NCBI GenBank assembly: GCA_002269645.1
Contig: NIVC01000512.1
Span: forward strand, 296,753 to 360,752
From: Macrostomum lignano
Lineage: Eukaryota
DNA length: 64,000 bases
Reading direction: 5' to 3'
Both the position numbers and the translations under genes were made by a program. Numbering within the stretch: position 1 is the stretch's first letter; each line of letters opens with the position of its first letter. This document shows, piece by piece, positions 46,759 to 58,806 of the stretch. The notes under the pieces are model-generated. The model was not told the origin of the DNA. It saw nothing but the letters and a program-made list of their open reading frames with translations, and did not search any database.

Positions 46759-49700
46759 CTGTTTTGCTAGACTGCTATTGGAGTTGGACAGCGGTTTGGG
46801 CGACTTGTTAATCAGTGCCTGCTGCTGCTGATGCTGCTGCTTGGCAGGCGCTGCCGACATTGACTGCTGCTGATGCCGCTGTCCCGGCAGTCGCTGAAGC
46901 CGCTTTCGGTAGAGGAGGAGAAGTTGCTCTTTTTATCAGCGATTTCTTAGAAACTGATTTTAATTAGACGTTTCACAAATTGATTTCCAAATCTGGATTT
47001 GGATTTAAACTGTTGGAATTGACTTTCTCTTCTTAGAATTGTGGCAGAATTTATCAGCGGAGAAGTTTTACGTAGCAAGCTAGTGCTGCGGATTAATCCT
47101 TCATCCAAACACTGTGCGGTAAGAGTTGAGTGCAGTAGCAATTAGTGCACTGGTGAGGCGAGGTTGGCCGCTGCCTCGTGTCGGCTCTCGTCTCTCCCTG
47201 TCTCTCCAGCTGAGATTTTCGCCTTTTCTATCGAGCACGAGGATGGGGAGGGAGCGGCGCGGGGGTGGGCAAGTCAGTCTAGAAGGTTGGGCTTTCCGCT
47301 TCGCCTCTGGGCCGACGCAGGCCTCCCTGCCCCGCTCTCCTCCCGCCACTGTTCTCCCCCTCTCAACTTCTCCCAATCCCCCGCCTGCTCCTTGGCGCTT
47401 GGGACGAGGTCGCACACTTGGACCAGAGAAGCGTGCGGCGCCCGAAACAGAGGGCGGAGAGGAGCTTAGCAGGATTACCAGTGCACTCAGGGAGCCGCTC
47501 TCAGGAGCAGACCTTAATTTGCAGAAGCTCTGCAGAAATTTCGAGCACGCCAATCCCACCATCCTTCATCTCTCTCCCCCGCTGAGTTCCCTCCCTTTCA
47601 TCATTATTCTTTTTCGACAACTGCACAGAGCTAATCGAGGCTCATTGAACAATGCCGCCACTTATTAAGACACTAAGAGCCCTGACTCAAGAGGAAGTTC
47701 TTACCAGAAACGAAGCTAGCGCACTCGCAAAAGCTGTTGCTGGGCTCTGATGAGCCCCGCCTTTTGCTAAGCCTTCTGCTGCTTCTGAGAGGTAGAAAAG
47801 TTGCAGAAATCGCAGGGGTGGTACGTCTGGCAGGACGGTTTAAGCCTTTCTCTTGTCCGTGACTCCTTGAGCTCTCTGGCCACCCCTCCCCCTGTCTTCC
47901 TTAGCTGTTTTTGGCTAAGCTATTTTCGACGTTCCCCTTTTCTCTCGTCTCTCCCCCTCACTCGATCCTATTCTACGAGCTAGTTTGCCTTCTCTTCTGT
48001 TGCTATCTGGCTGGCAGCTCGCTGGTCCCAGCCGTCCCTGTCTGCCACTGACTGTCTGGGCGCTGTGCCGCAGCGGAGGAGGCCGACGCAGAGTCTGGGA
48101 CGCTCGGCGGGGGTCACAGCCGAAACGAGTAGTTGAAGACGGCAGGGAGGGCCACTGTGTGTATACTCGTATTAAAAGCGAGCGAGCGGGGAGATTGAGG
48201 CAGAGAGGGAGATGGGGGGGGTGGGGGCAGATCGAGCGAAACTCTGCCGCTGCTGCAGGAGGAGGCTCCCGGGCTTCCCGGGAGGGGGCGATGGGAGGGG
48301 AGAAGAGGGGAGGCGCCGGACCGGCTCGGGCAAGAAGTGCAAAAGCGGGCGGCAGTGCAAGAGAAGAAGTGTGGAAAGCGGGACGGGTGGTGAGGATGAA
48401 CAGGGGGATAGAGGGGAGTCGGGCGGGGAGAGGCTCCGGCCATCTTAGCGTCGTTACTATTCAGAGAGCGCAGGCTAGTAGCGCAAAGGACACGGGAGCG
48501 GGGAGAGGCGTCACCCAACCCACCCTCCGCCCATCCCCGGCTGCCATCACCCCTCTCGGTCTATCGGACAGATCCAGCTGCAGCGGAGATAGAAATAGAA
48601 CGTAGAAAGGAGAATTTTCAGCCCGACTGACGCAAGACAGGAATGAGCATGAAGGGGAAAGTGAAGGATGAAGAGAGGAGACAGGGAAAGAGGCAGGAGG
48701 TGGAGATCATCACTCGGACCCTCGGCTTTTGTTCCAACCTCTCAGCTGCGGCGCTTGCAGAGTCAGTCAGCTTAAAGACTAAGAGGCAGACTTGAGCGAG
48801 CCGTGTTAAAAAATGATGGGGTCGGAGAGGCGGTCAGAGGTCTGGAGAGAGAGGGGATGGAAATAAGCTAAAGCTGCCTCAAGGATTGGCTTTTTCCGCG
48901 AAGCTTAAGAAATCCCATTTTGCTGTTGACATGATAGAATCTGATCTTCAGAGTCTGCATTATTTTTGAAACAGAAAATTTGCTGCTCATCAGCAGCGGC
49001 TCATTCATCACTCTATTTGCTCAGTCTGCGGCTTTCCAGTCTCTGTAGCGTGCAGCGCCGTTTATTCAATTCTTGTAAGACGCCTTTGATCTCCCCTTTG
49101 AAGGCGCACCGCTGCTGCCTCCACCTCTTAACAAAATTGCCTAATCTCCTCCTTTTGCAGACTGGGGCTTTGACAAAACCAGGCCCGATATGATAGAGTG
49201 AAAGAAGACGGACAGGCAAAACCGAGAAATATAGTGAGATATTGATACTCATCGAATAATACCTTGGCGCAGTCAACTTTTTTGACACCCTTCAAATCTC
49301 TGCATCTGTTCATCAGATTAAAGCAAAAATTGACGCAATTCAGCAACAATTTACTGGATTATCCACGGAATCGAAAATATGATTTTCCTCTTGCTTTGAC
49401 CACACAGTGTTCATGAAACAGTCGTCTCATGCGAATCGAATAAGCCCAAAATATCGCGATCTCATATGTTATCTCTACGCTGCTATCATATCATCACTTA
49501 TTCTAAGGTTAGGAGTTTTGGCCATAGACTAACCCTGCACATAAGCAAATCAACAGAAGCCATAAACTTGACACCAGCCGCAGAGTCACCAATCCGGAAG
49601 TTGAATCGAGAATATTGTTTTTTCTATGGTTCTAGGCAAGAATTTCCCGGCAGTAATTTTGTATTGTACCCTTTTGTCTATGGTTTTCGCCAACAATTCA

Positions 49701-49869
49701 ATTGTTTGCCGGCTGTTTGAGATTATTTCCGGAAAATCAACGGTTGAATTTGGCTGTCAAAAAGAATCGCAAACATGACAACGACGAACAAAAACAAAAA
49801 ACGGAGTAATTTTTTGTTCCACTGTCCCAAGCAAGTTCGTAAGGACAAACCGAATAACGAAGCGGTCAT

Positions 49870-50230
49870 GTTTTACTTGTTCACCTGGCGATTGACGGAC
49901 GGGGATTCCACAGGTGCCTTTGAATGGCCGCACGAAAGCAGATGAGAGACTTCGGCGCGCAGTATGTTCCATCCTGCTTTCGAAGAAGCGAATAGAGAAG
50001 CTTCAGATAATCGTTCAGGAATCGATCCGGTACACGCTCGAACTCCTGGCAGAGCCCCTTCTCATTGAGGAACTGGCGGAACCCTGCCACGTGAAGTTCT
50101 CGTTGGTCTCGATCGATTTCGGCACAGATTCAATCTCAATCCGGTCCAGCATAAGCAGATCTTCGCTAGTCAGCTCAGACAGCTCTTCAGTACTAGACGA
50201 CGCATCTAAATTGTTAATCTCCAGAACAAA
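49870..50230 (-). mobile_element. Crypton-type tyrosine-recombinase element fragment (N-terminal part, frameshifted)
   Basis: FRQFLNEKG...LNDYLKLLYSLLRKQDGTYCAPKSLICFRAAIQRHL resembles the Crypton/KCTD1/ZMYM-family motif L..FY...RK.DG..Y...SL...RAAIQRHL. No catalytic RHR residues were seen. Confidence 0.7.
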
Positions 50231-50243
50231 GCGAGGTTTGTAA

Positions 50244-52560
50244 CCACAGACAAAAGTGAACAATACTTAATGCAGATTGCGCAATCCCGACCATAGACAA
50301 AAGAGAACAATACTTAATGCAGATTGCGCAATCCCGACCATAGACAAAAGGGAACAATACTTGATGCAGATTGCGCAATCCCGACCATAGACAAAAGGGA
50401 ACAATACTTAATGCAGATTACGCAATCCCGACCATAGACAAAAGTGAACAATACTTGATGCAGATTGCGCAATCCCGACCATAGACAAAAGTGAACAATA
50501 CTTGATGCAGATTGCGCAATCCCGACCATAGACAAAAGGGAACAATACTTAATGCAGATTACGCAATCCCGACCATAGACAAAAGTGAACAATACTTGAT
50601 GCAGATTGCGCAATCCCGACCATAGACAAAGGGGAACAATACTTGATGCAGATTGCGCAATCCCAGCCATAGACAAAGGGGAACAATACTTAATGCAGAT
50701 TGCGCAATCCCGACCATAGACAAAGGGGAACAATACTTAATGCAGATTGCGCAATCCCGACCATAGACAAAAGTGAACAATACTTGATGCAGATTGCGCA
50801 ATCCCGACCATAGACAAAGGGGAACAATACTTAATGCAGATTGCGCAATCCCGACCATAGACAAAAGTGAACAATACTTGATGCAGATTGCGCAATCCCG
50901 ACCATAGACAAAGGGGAACAATACTTGATGCAGATTGCGCAATCCCGACCATAGACAAAGGGGAACAATACTTAATGCAGATTGCGCAATCCCGACCATA
51001 GACAAAAGTGAACAATACTTGATGCAGATTGCGCAATCCCGACCATAGACAAAAGTGAACAATACTTAATGCAGATTGCGCAATCCCGACCATAGACAAA
51101 AGGGAACAATACTTGATGCAGATTGCGCAATCCCGACTATAGACAAAAGTGAACAATACTTGATGCAGATTGCGCAATCCCGACTATAGACAAAAGGGAA
51201 CAATACTTGATGCAGATTGCGCAATCCCGACCATAGACAAAAGGGAACAATACTTGATGCAGATTGCGCAATCCCGACCATAGACAAAAGGGAACAATAC
51301 TTAATGCAGATTGCGCAATCCCGACCATAGACAAAAGTGAACAATACTTGATGCAGATTGCGCAATCCCGACCATAGACAAAAGTGAACAATACTTGATG
51401 CAGATTGCGCAATCCCGACCATAGACAAAGGGGAACAATACTTGATGCAGATTGCGCAATCCCGACCATAGACAAAGGGGAACAATACTTGATGCAGATT
51501 GCGCAATCCCGACCATAGACAAAAGGGAACAATACTTGATGCAGATTGCGCAATCCCGACCATAGACAAAAGGGAACAATACTTAATGCAGATTGCGCAA
51601 TCCCGACCATAGACAAAGGGGAACAATACTTAATGCAGATTGCGCAATCCCGACCATAGACAAAGGGGAACAATACTTAATGCAGATTGCGCAATCCCGA
51701 CCATAGACAAAAGGGAACAATACTTGATGCAGATTGCGCAATCCCGACCATAGACAAAAGTGAACAATACTTGATGCAGATTGCGCAATCCCGACCATAG
51801 ACAAAGGGGAACAATACTTAATGCAGATTGCGCAATCCCGACCATAGACAAAAGTGAACAATACTTAATGCAGATTGCGCAATCCCGACCATAGACAAAA
51901 GAGAACAATACTTGATGCAGATTGCGCAATCCCGACCATAGACAAAAGAGAACAATACTTGATGCAGATTGCGCAATCCCGACCATAGACAAAAGAGAAC
52001 AATACTTGATGCAGATTGCGCAATCCCGACCATAGACAAAAGAGAACAATACTTGATGCAGATTGCGCAATCCCGACCATAGACAAAAGAGAACAATACT
52101 TGATGCAGATTGCGCAATCCCGACCATAGACAAAAGTGAACAATACTTAATGCAGATTGCGCAATCCCGACCATAGACAAAAGTGAACAATACTTAATGC
52201 AGATTGCGCAATCCCGACCATAGACAAAACAGAACAATACTTGATGCAGATTGCGCAATCCCGACTATAGACAAAAGAGAACAATACTTGATGCAGATTG
52301 CGCAATCCCGACTATAGACAAAAGAGAACAATACTTGATGCAGATTGCGCAATCCCGACCATAGACAAAAGAGAACAATACTTGATGCAGATTGCGCAAT
52401 CCCGACTATAGACAAAAGAGAACAATACTTGATGCAGATTGCGCAATCCCGACCATAGACAAAAGAGAACAATACTTGATGCAGATTGCGCAATCCCGAC
52501 CATAGACAAAAGAGAACAATACTTGATGCAGATTGCGCCATTCCAACCATAGTCAAAAGG
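50244..52560. repeat. 47-bp satellite (ccatagacaaaagggaacaatacttgatgcagattgcgcaatcccga), ~49 copies
   Basis: Direct inspection. Each unit has the 12-bp palindrome GATTGCGCAATC. Confidence 0.97.
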
Positions 52561-53261
52561 GAAAAATGTGCATAACATTGTTTACAGGTATTTTCGGACA
52601 ACCCCATATTTTCAAAACCTTCCCTTTGAGTTTTTGATCATAGACAATCGACGTGACTTGACTATCTTTGGCTAAACTCAAATCAAACCCTACGTGACGC
52701 GTAGGTACCGATTTAAACCCGGAAAAATATCGCGAAAAAGGCAACAGACGACAAACTCATCGAGTTCTTGACAGTCTAGAAATAGTTTCAACTGGAACCC
52801 TACAAATGATTTTCTGAATCTAAAAGTTTCTGGGCCTTTCTATAGCTAGATACAAGCGGGAGCAGTTCCGTACTATAGCAACTATATCTATTGCTTTTTT
52901 GTGCTCCTACGAGTGTACAAGTTGACAGCTAATGTACTGGGCATGGCCTTAGCTACGCTTTTTAGTGCTAGAACGTTGCAGACCGGAATAGTGCAAATCC
53001 CAGAGGGAAAAGGAATTAGTATAGGGCTCGATGAAGCGCGAAATTTTCTTTTGCCTCAAGCTGACGGCTGCTCGCACCAGTGAGTCTGAGAGTCGGCAAG
53101 CGCTGCCCGACAAACCGAAACTCGAATCGAAATCTGAAACTTCATTTCCGCCCTTGGCGGCCAATCCGAAATTCTTTGAACTGCAGCTTTTATCGAGAGC
53201 TTGTTTTTTATTCTAGTTTTCAGGCTGCTAAAGTCTATTGGGAATAGTTGAGACTTGAAGG

Positions 53262-53965
53262 AGATGCTCTGAAGGAGACTGTGATAACACGACCTCTAGT
53301 GTGAGATGCTCTGAGGGAGACTGTGATAACACCACCTTTAGTGTGAGATGCTCTGAGGGAGACTGTGATAACACGACCTCTAGTGTGAGATGCTCTGAGG
53401 GAGACTGTGATAACACGACCTCTAGTGTGAGATACTCTGAGGGAGACTGTGATAACACCACCTTTAGTGTGAGATGCTCTGAGGAGACGGTGATAACACC
53501 ACCTCTAGTGTGAGATGCTCTGAGGAGACGGTGATAACACCACCTCTAGTGTGAGATGCTCTGAGGAGACGGTGATAACACCACCTCTAGTGTGAGATGC
53601 TCTGAGGAGACGGTGATAACACCACCTCTAGTGTGAGATGCTCTGAGGAGACGGTGATAACACCACCTCTAGTGTGAGATGCTCTGAGGAGACGGTGATA
53701 ACACCACCTCTAGTGTGAGATGCTCTGAGGAGACGGTGATAACACCACCTCTAGTGTGAGATGCTCTGAGGAGACGGTGATAACACCACCTCTAGTGTGA
53801 GATGCTCTGAGGAGACGGTGATAACACCACCTCTAGTGTGAGATGCTCTGAGGAGACGGTGATAACACCACCTCTAGTGTGAGATGCTCTGAGGAGACGG
53901 TGATAACACCACCTCTAGTGTGAGATGCTCTGAGGAGACGGTGATAACACGACCTCTAGTGTGAG
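53262..53965. repeat. 41/42-bp minisatellite (tagtgtgagatgctctgaggagacggtgataacaccacctc), ~17 copies
   Basis: Direct inspection. Confidence 0.95.
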
Positions 53966-54358
53966 ATGCTCTGAGGCGGAGTGAGACAGTACATGTAAAT
54001 TGACCCTGGGACTGAGCCAGCTACGAACTATAGCCAGTTAAATGCAAGGCAAGCGCAAAAGTCATGAAGAATGATGCATTATGATGGAAATTGGAGATTT
54101 ACATGCAAATTCGATAAGCGAGTATATTAGTGATAGAAAGCCGGTATACGGACAACTGAAGTACAAGGACGCTACACTGATATTCTTAGAAACGAGCTGG
54201 ACGGGGGAAAGGAACGCGTGTTTATCGCATCGCAAGTGCATATTGTACGTAACGGAGAACACCATAGCGCTGAATGGGGTTTCGCCCATAGACAAATTCG
54301 GATTATTCGTATTGGAGCTGTTAAAAATGTGGACAAAACTGGACTGTAAGGAGGCAAC

Positions 54359-55548
54359 CACAGAATACACCAGAATGCTCAATCAGCTTCCAAATCGAAA
54401 GCCGAAATATAAAACCATAGACACTACTCCTGAGGTGAAGAAGAGATAAGTAGTACTGAAATTTGAGAAGTAGTCAACTTTTTGTACGTCCATTCGGGGG
54501 GGGGATATTTTTATGGACAGAAGGTCCCGATTATATATTTGCAGCTGTAGCGACATGAAAATGCTGCAGCTGTTGCAGTCAAACTTGAAGTAACGCATCG
54601 CCGTTTTAGAGTATCATTTTGGCATCTCAGTCGTGCTGAAGTGTTTCTCTCGGCCTTGAGTTTTTGCCTTAGCTGCTGCGTGGTCGCAACTCTTCGACCG
54701 GTAGGCTTGGGTAAGGGCACAGTAATCGGCGGAGCGTCCTTTCTCGGAGACATGTCTAAAGGTTCACCTCGGACAGTCGGAGATTTTCGTTGCAGGACTG
54801 GTGGAATCGCTTTGTACAGATTTCTAGCAGGAAACGCCGTAGTCAGTAGTTGCGTGCCCGGCTCTTGGCGAAGTCTTGGGCAGCTGTACATTTCATCAGT
54901 GAAGTGGAGGCTGCACACGACGGCACATGCCCACTTGTGCCAGTTGGCTTTGCCAAGCAGGTCGACTCTGTAGAGTCGGCGCGCCCATTCTTCGCATTTC
55001 TGCATGAAACAGTTATTATGGCATGCCTGTCAAAAGCGACTACAATAACTCATAATACTGATGTCACGTACCTTTCAGGACTCTTGATTGGAAACTTATG
55101 AAAACAAACTCCAGGTTGATTTCTATACGCATAGGATTTACAGCCGTATGATGCGCACTGCTGACGTGAAACAGTTGGCATGGCGCAACAGAGGCGTGAA
55201 ACTGAGAATCACGGGACACTTACAATTGAAGCGATTTATTTATTTTCCAAATCGATTTATTTGGAGCGACCAAAGGGGGTATAAATATAAGGAACGCAGG
55301 CAACTAAGCTGAGTTATTATACACTATAATAGATTCACAGGGCATCAAATAGATGGGATAGATGGACGGAAAGACAAGCGAAAAATATCGTCTATGGCAA
55401 AATCGATCTCATTACACTCGGGTTGATGAAAATAAGCCAGCACTACTCACAAATCACTTCACCTTAGAAGTAGCGTAGCTAGCGAATAGTTTTTGCCTCA
55501 AAATTTTTTTCGCAGGGAGCTTGATTGAGCATTCTGGTGTATTCTGTG
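54359..55548 (-). mobile_element. Internally deleted P-superfamily element (1190 bp) retaining a THAP plus coiled-coil gene
   Basis: Perfect 27-bp TIR cacagaatacaccagaatgctcaatca. Exact 8-bp TSD GAGGCAAC at 54351-54358 and 55549-55556. THAP motifs MPTVSRQQCASYGC...FHKFP and W...VCSLHF...AIP. Confidence 0.88.
54511..55181 (-). CDS. THAP-domain plus coiled-coil protein without a transposase catalytic domain; two exons (55181 to ~55070 and 54999-54511), splice phase ambiguous
   Basis: C2CH THAP residues are split across a ~70-nt intron. The strong donor at 55071 is out of phase with the acceptor, while a weaker donor at 55067 is in phase. Confidence 0.6.
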
Positions 55549-55954
55549 GAGGCAACCATTGGAATGAAGGCGAAATAAACAATAATAGAGTACAAGTTGA
55601 AGCATTTCAGACAGACAGGCGGTCTGACCGAGCTTCTCTAACGTAAAGTCAATGATAGCCTAGCGACAGACAGGGCGCCCGGAATTCTCCCAGCGAGGTA
55701 GAATTATTGAATCAGCTCCCTTTGCTGCAATAATTAGCTATATAGGCTTACACCAGAGGCTTCCCTTCCCGGCTAATGCTCACTTTGCAGCAGGGGTCTC
55801 TGGTCCTGTTTTTACACAAGTTAGTTTGCAATGCGAATAGTCTTATGGACACTTTGTCCTGCTGTAGCTGATGATAAGCTAAAATAACGAATACATGCTA
55901 AAAAACTGGGACGGCATGTATGGAGTCCGGATAGACTGCGACTGCGAGAATGGA

Positions 55955-56700
55955 TTATGAATCTGTGAGAATAAGCTGTGAATCTGTGAGAATAAGCTGA
56001 GAATCTGTGAGAATAGACTGAATCTGTGAGAATAAAATGTGAATCTGTGAGAATAAAATGTGAATCTGTGAGAATAAAATGTGAATCTGTGAGAATAGAC
56101 TTGAGAACCTGTGAGAATAGACTGAGAATCTGTGAGATTTAACTGACAATATGTGATAAGAATTGATAATCTGTGAGAATAGACTTAAAAATATGTGAGA
56201 ATAGACTTAAGAATCTGTGAGAATATACTTGAGAATCTGTAAGAATAGACTTGAGAATCTGTGAGAATAGAGACTTGAGAATCTGTGAGAATAGAGACTT
56301 GAGAATCTGTGAGAATAGGCTGTGAATATGTGAGATTGATAGAATCGATTTGTGAATGTGATGAGAGTAGAGCGTGAATCTGATAGAAATATTCGTGAAT
56401 GTGAGAGTAGACCGTGAATCTGATAGAATAGATTTGTGAATGTGAAGTTAGACTGTGAATCTGATAGAATAGATTTGTTAATGTGATAGTAGACTGTGAA
56501 TCTGATAGAATAGATTTTTAAATGTGAGAGTAGACTGTGAATATGATAGAATAGATTTGTTAATGTGAGAGTAGACTGTGAATATGATAGAATAGATTTT
56601 TTAATGTGAAATTAGACTGTGAATCTGATAGAATAGATTTTTAAATGGGAGAGTAGACTGTGAATCTGATAGAATATTTGGGAATGTGAGAGTAGACTGT
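55955..56700. repeat. Degenerate tandem repeats (gaatctgtgagaatagact-type)
   Basis: Direct inspection. Confidence 0.85.
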
Positions 56701-57169
56701 AAATCTGAGTAGGGATTGGGAAGAGCGGATGGCGAAGACTGGATGGATTGAAGCTTCCGCCCGGTTTTCATTGTTTTTTCAAGCATTTTTAATGACAAAA
56801 TGGTTGGCCAGGTGATAGAGGCTGGTCGAAAGACACTGCTCACTGGGGCAAAGGGTGGCGACTTTTCAATGTTGGTGAGCATATTTAGTCAACTGTCCCA
56901 TGTTGCCTGATCAAGATCAAGTACTATATGCATCCCTATAAGTAGCATATCAGTAATGTAGATTTCTGCAATGCATCAATTTAATTTATTTTTATTATTC
57001 AGCCCACTGAAAAGCTGGATCGATATGAATCCTGAAATATTATTGCTTATAAAATGCAATACAGTCTTACTAGATAGACAACAAACTTATTGCTGGGAGT
57101 TGATAAACTCAAAATATTATAGTTGATCACACGGCCTCATGCCCTGCGCACATCCGCCACGGTGAGTTT

Positions 57170-57397
57170 CCGTCTAACTTTAATATAGGAGTCCGGATTG
57201 ACCAGCCAAGCCAGCTGCACAGAGGCCAGTATGATCTTCAGGTGCAGGTTAGTCAGCAAGCAGATCCGCTGCTGCCCGTAGTTCAGGCTGCTGTTCTGCT
57301 GACTCCAGTGGACGCTGAAGCCCAGCCCGACAAGCAGTGCGGTGACAGACACTGAGGCGAAGACAATTAAAGCTATCAGGGCTGCTCCGAGTGACAT
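57170..57397 (-). CDS. Possible first exon of an unidentified membrane protein with an N-terminal hydrophobic helix
   Basis: GC-rich ORF MSLGAALIALIVFASVSVTALLVGLGFSVHWSQQNSS... with a possible donor GTTAGA near 57180. Family not recognised. Confidence 0.35.
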
Positions 57398-57609
57398 AGT
57401 TCCAGTATTTTTAGAATATTTTCTTATTAACTTTGTTCAAAAGGCAATAATCCATCGAAAGCAAGGATTGCTAATCTCGGGGAACGCTGTCTGTGGCCAA
57501 GGCTCTGGGTTTTCCTACAGAACTATTGCTATTCATATTGTAGAGTAGCTCTTTCCTGAACCCTGTGACGGGCGCCTTTCACAAGCGCAGAACTTCACAA
57601 TAATAATAA

Positions 57610-57881
57610 TTGATTACACCTGCCCCAATTGGGCCAGGTGTGCAACCGGCAGCTCAGCCGCAGCTATTGCGCGGCGAATCTGAAGGCTGCGCACGGCTGT
57701 TCAGTCCAAGGACTGGGAGGGGGAGGGTCGCCACACACAACCCTCAATTACCCCAGCTAATGCTGGCACCCATTTTACAGCTGGGTGAACTGAAGCAATG
57801 CAGAGTTAAGTGGGATCGGGAATCGAACACCCGACCTTCAAGTCGTGAGTCCGACGCTCTAACCACTAGGCTACAACCCCC
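57610..57881 (-). mobile_element. tRNA-derived SINE with CORE-like central motif
   Basis: Minus strand shows gggggttgtagcctagtggttagagc (A box), gttcgattccc (B box), then cacccagctgtaaaatggg. Confidence 0.65.
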
Positions 57882-57904
57882 TTCAAATTTAAGCTCGAAT
57901 GACG

Positions 57905-58318
57905 AAGCTTTAAAGCTTGAAACTTCACAAACTCGAAAATTCACAAGCTCAAAGCTTTAAAGCTTAAAACTTCACAAGCTCGAAGCTTTAAAGCTTGAAA
58001 CTTCACAAGCTCGAAGCTTTAAAGCGTGAAACTTCACAAGCTCGAAGCTTTAAAGCTTGAAACTTCACAAGCTCGAAGCTTCAAAGCTTGAAACTTCACA
58101 AGCTCGAAAATTCACAAGCTCGAAGCTTCAAAGCTCGAAGCTTCAAAGCTCGAAACTTCACAAGCTCGAAGCTTCAAAGCTTGAAACTTCACAAGCTCGA
58201 AAAGTCACAAGCTCGAAGCTTCAAAGCTTGAAACTTCACAAGCTCGAAAAGTCACAAGCTCGAAGCTTCAAAGCTCGAAACTTCACAAGCTCGAAGCTTC
58301 AAAGCTCGAAACTTCAAA
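57905..58318. repeat. Minisatellite (aagctcgaaacttcac), an inverted relative of the 30330-30995 array
   Basis: The reverse complement of the unit matches gtgaagtttcgagctt. Confidence 0.92.
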
Positions 58319-58806
58319 GGCAACATTCAAACACAGCAGAAGACTCAGTCTGCTACCATTAGATTTTTATTACTATTTAATGATCCAGTGTTTATTATTA
58401 AAATCGCGACAATACTGTACTATATTCAAAGAGTAAAACAAAGACAGATTTGAATCTCGCAGAATTAAAATGATTAATTTTCAAGTCCAATTACCGCAAA
58501 GCCTGTCTATAACAAAGGAAAATGAATGTAATGAGGAATATTCTGAATAGATATGGGATGCCGCACATTAAAGTTTAATCATCCGAGATCAAAGAATACA
58601 AAAAGAGAAGACTCAAAGTTGATAAAATTTTAGCTTATCAGACAGTCTTAAAACAGGGCAGGTGATCAAAATCTCTAAGACAACAGAGCAGGCGGAACTT
58701 CTCGAGTATTCTAGGAATTCTTTTATTGAGTCGGGCGTTTACAAAAAACTCTACCAGCTTTTGTCATGCGCACAGAATTTACAGTTTCACCCTGCCAATC
58801 AGGACT

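Noticed and set aside
26066-53965. CRISPR-like appearance of the 41- and 47-bp palindromic arrays
   Set aside because: No unique spacers, no cas genes, and a eukaryotic context.
54081-54449. 122-aa plus-strand ORF
   Set aside because: It runs across the P-element TSD into the element, so it is a chance fusion with no recognisable motif.
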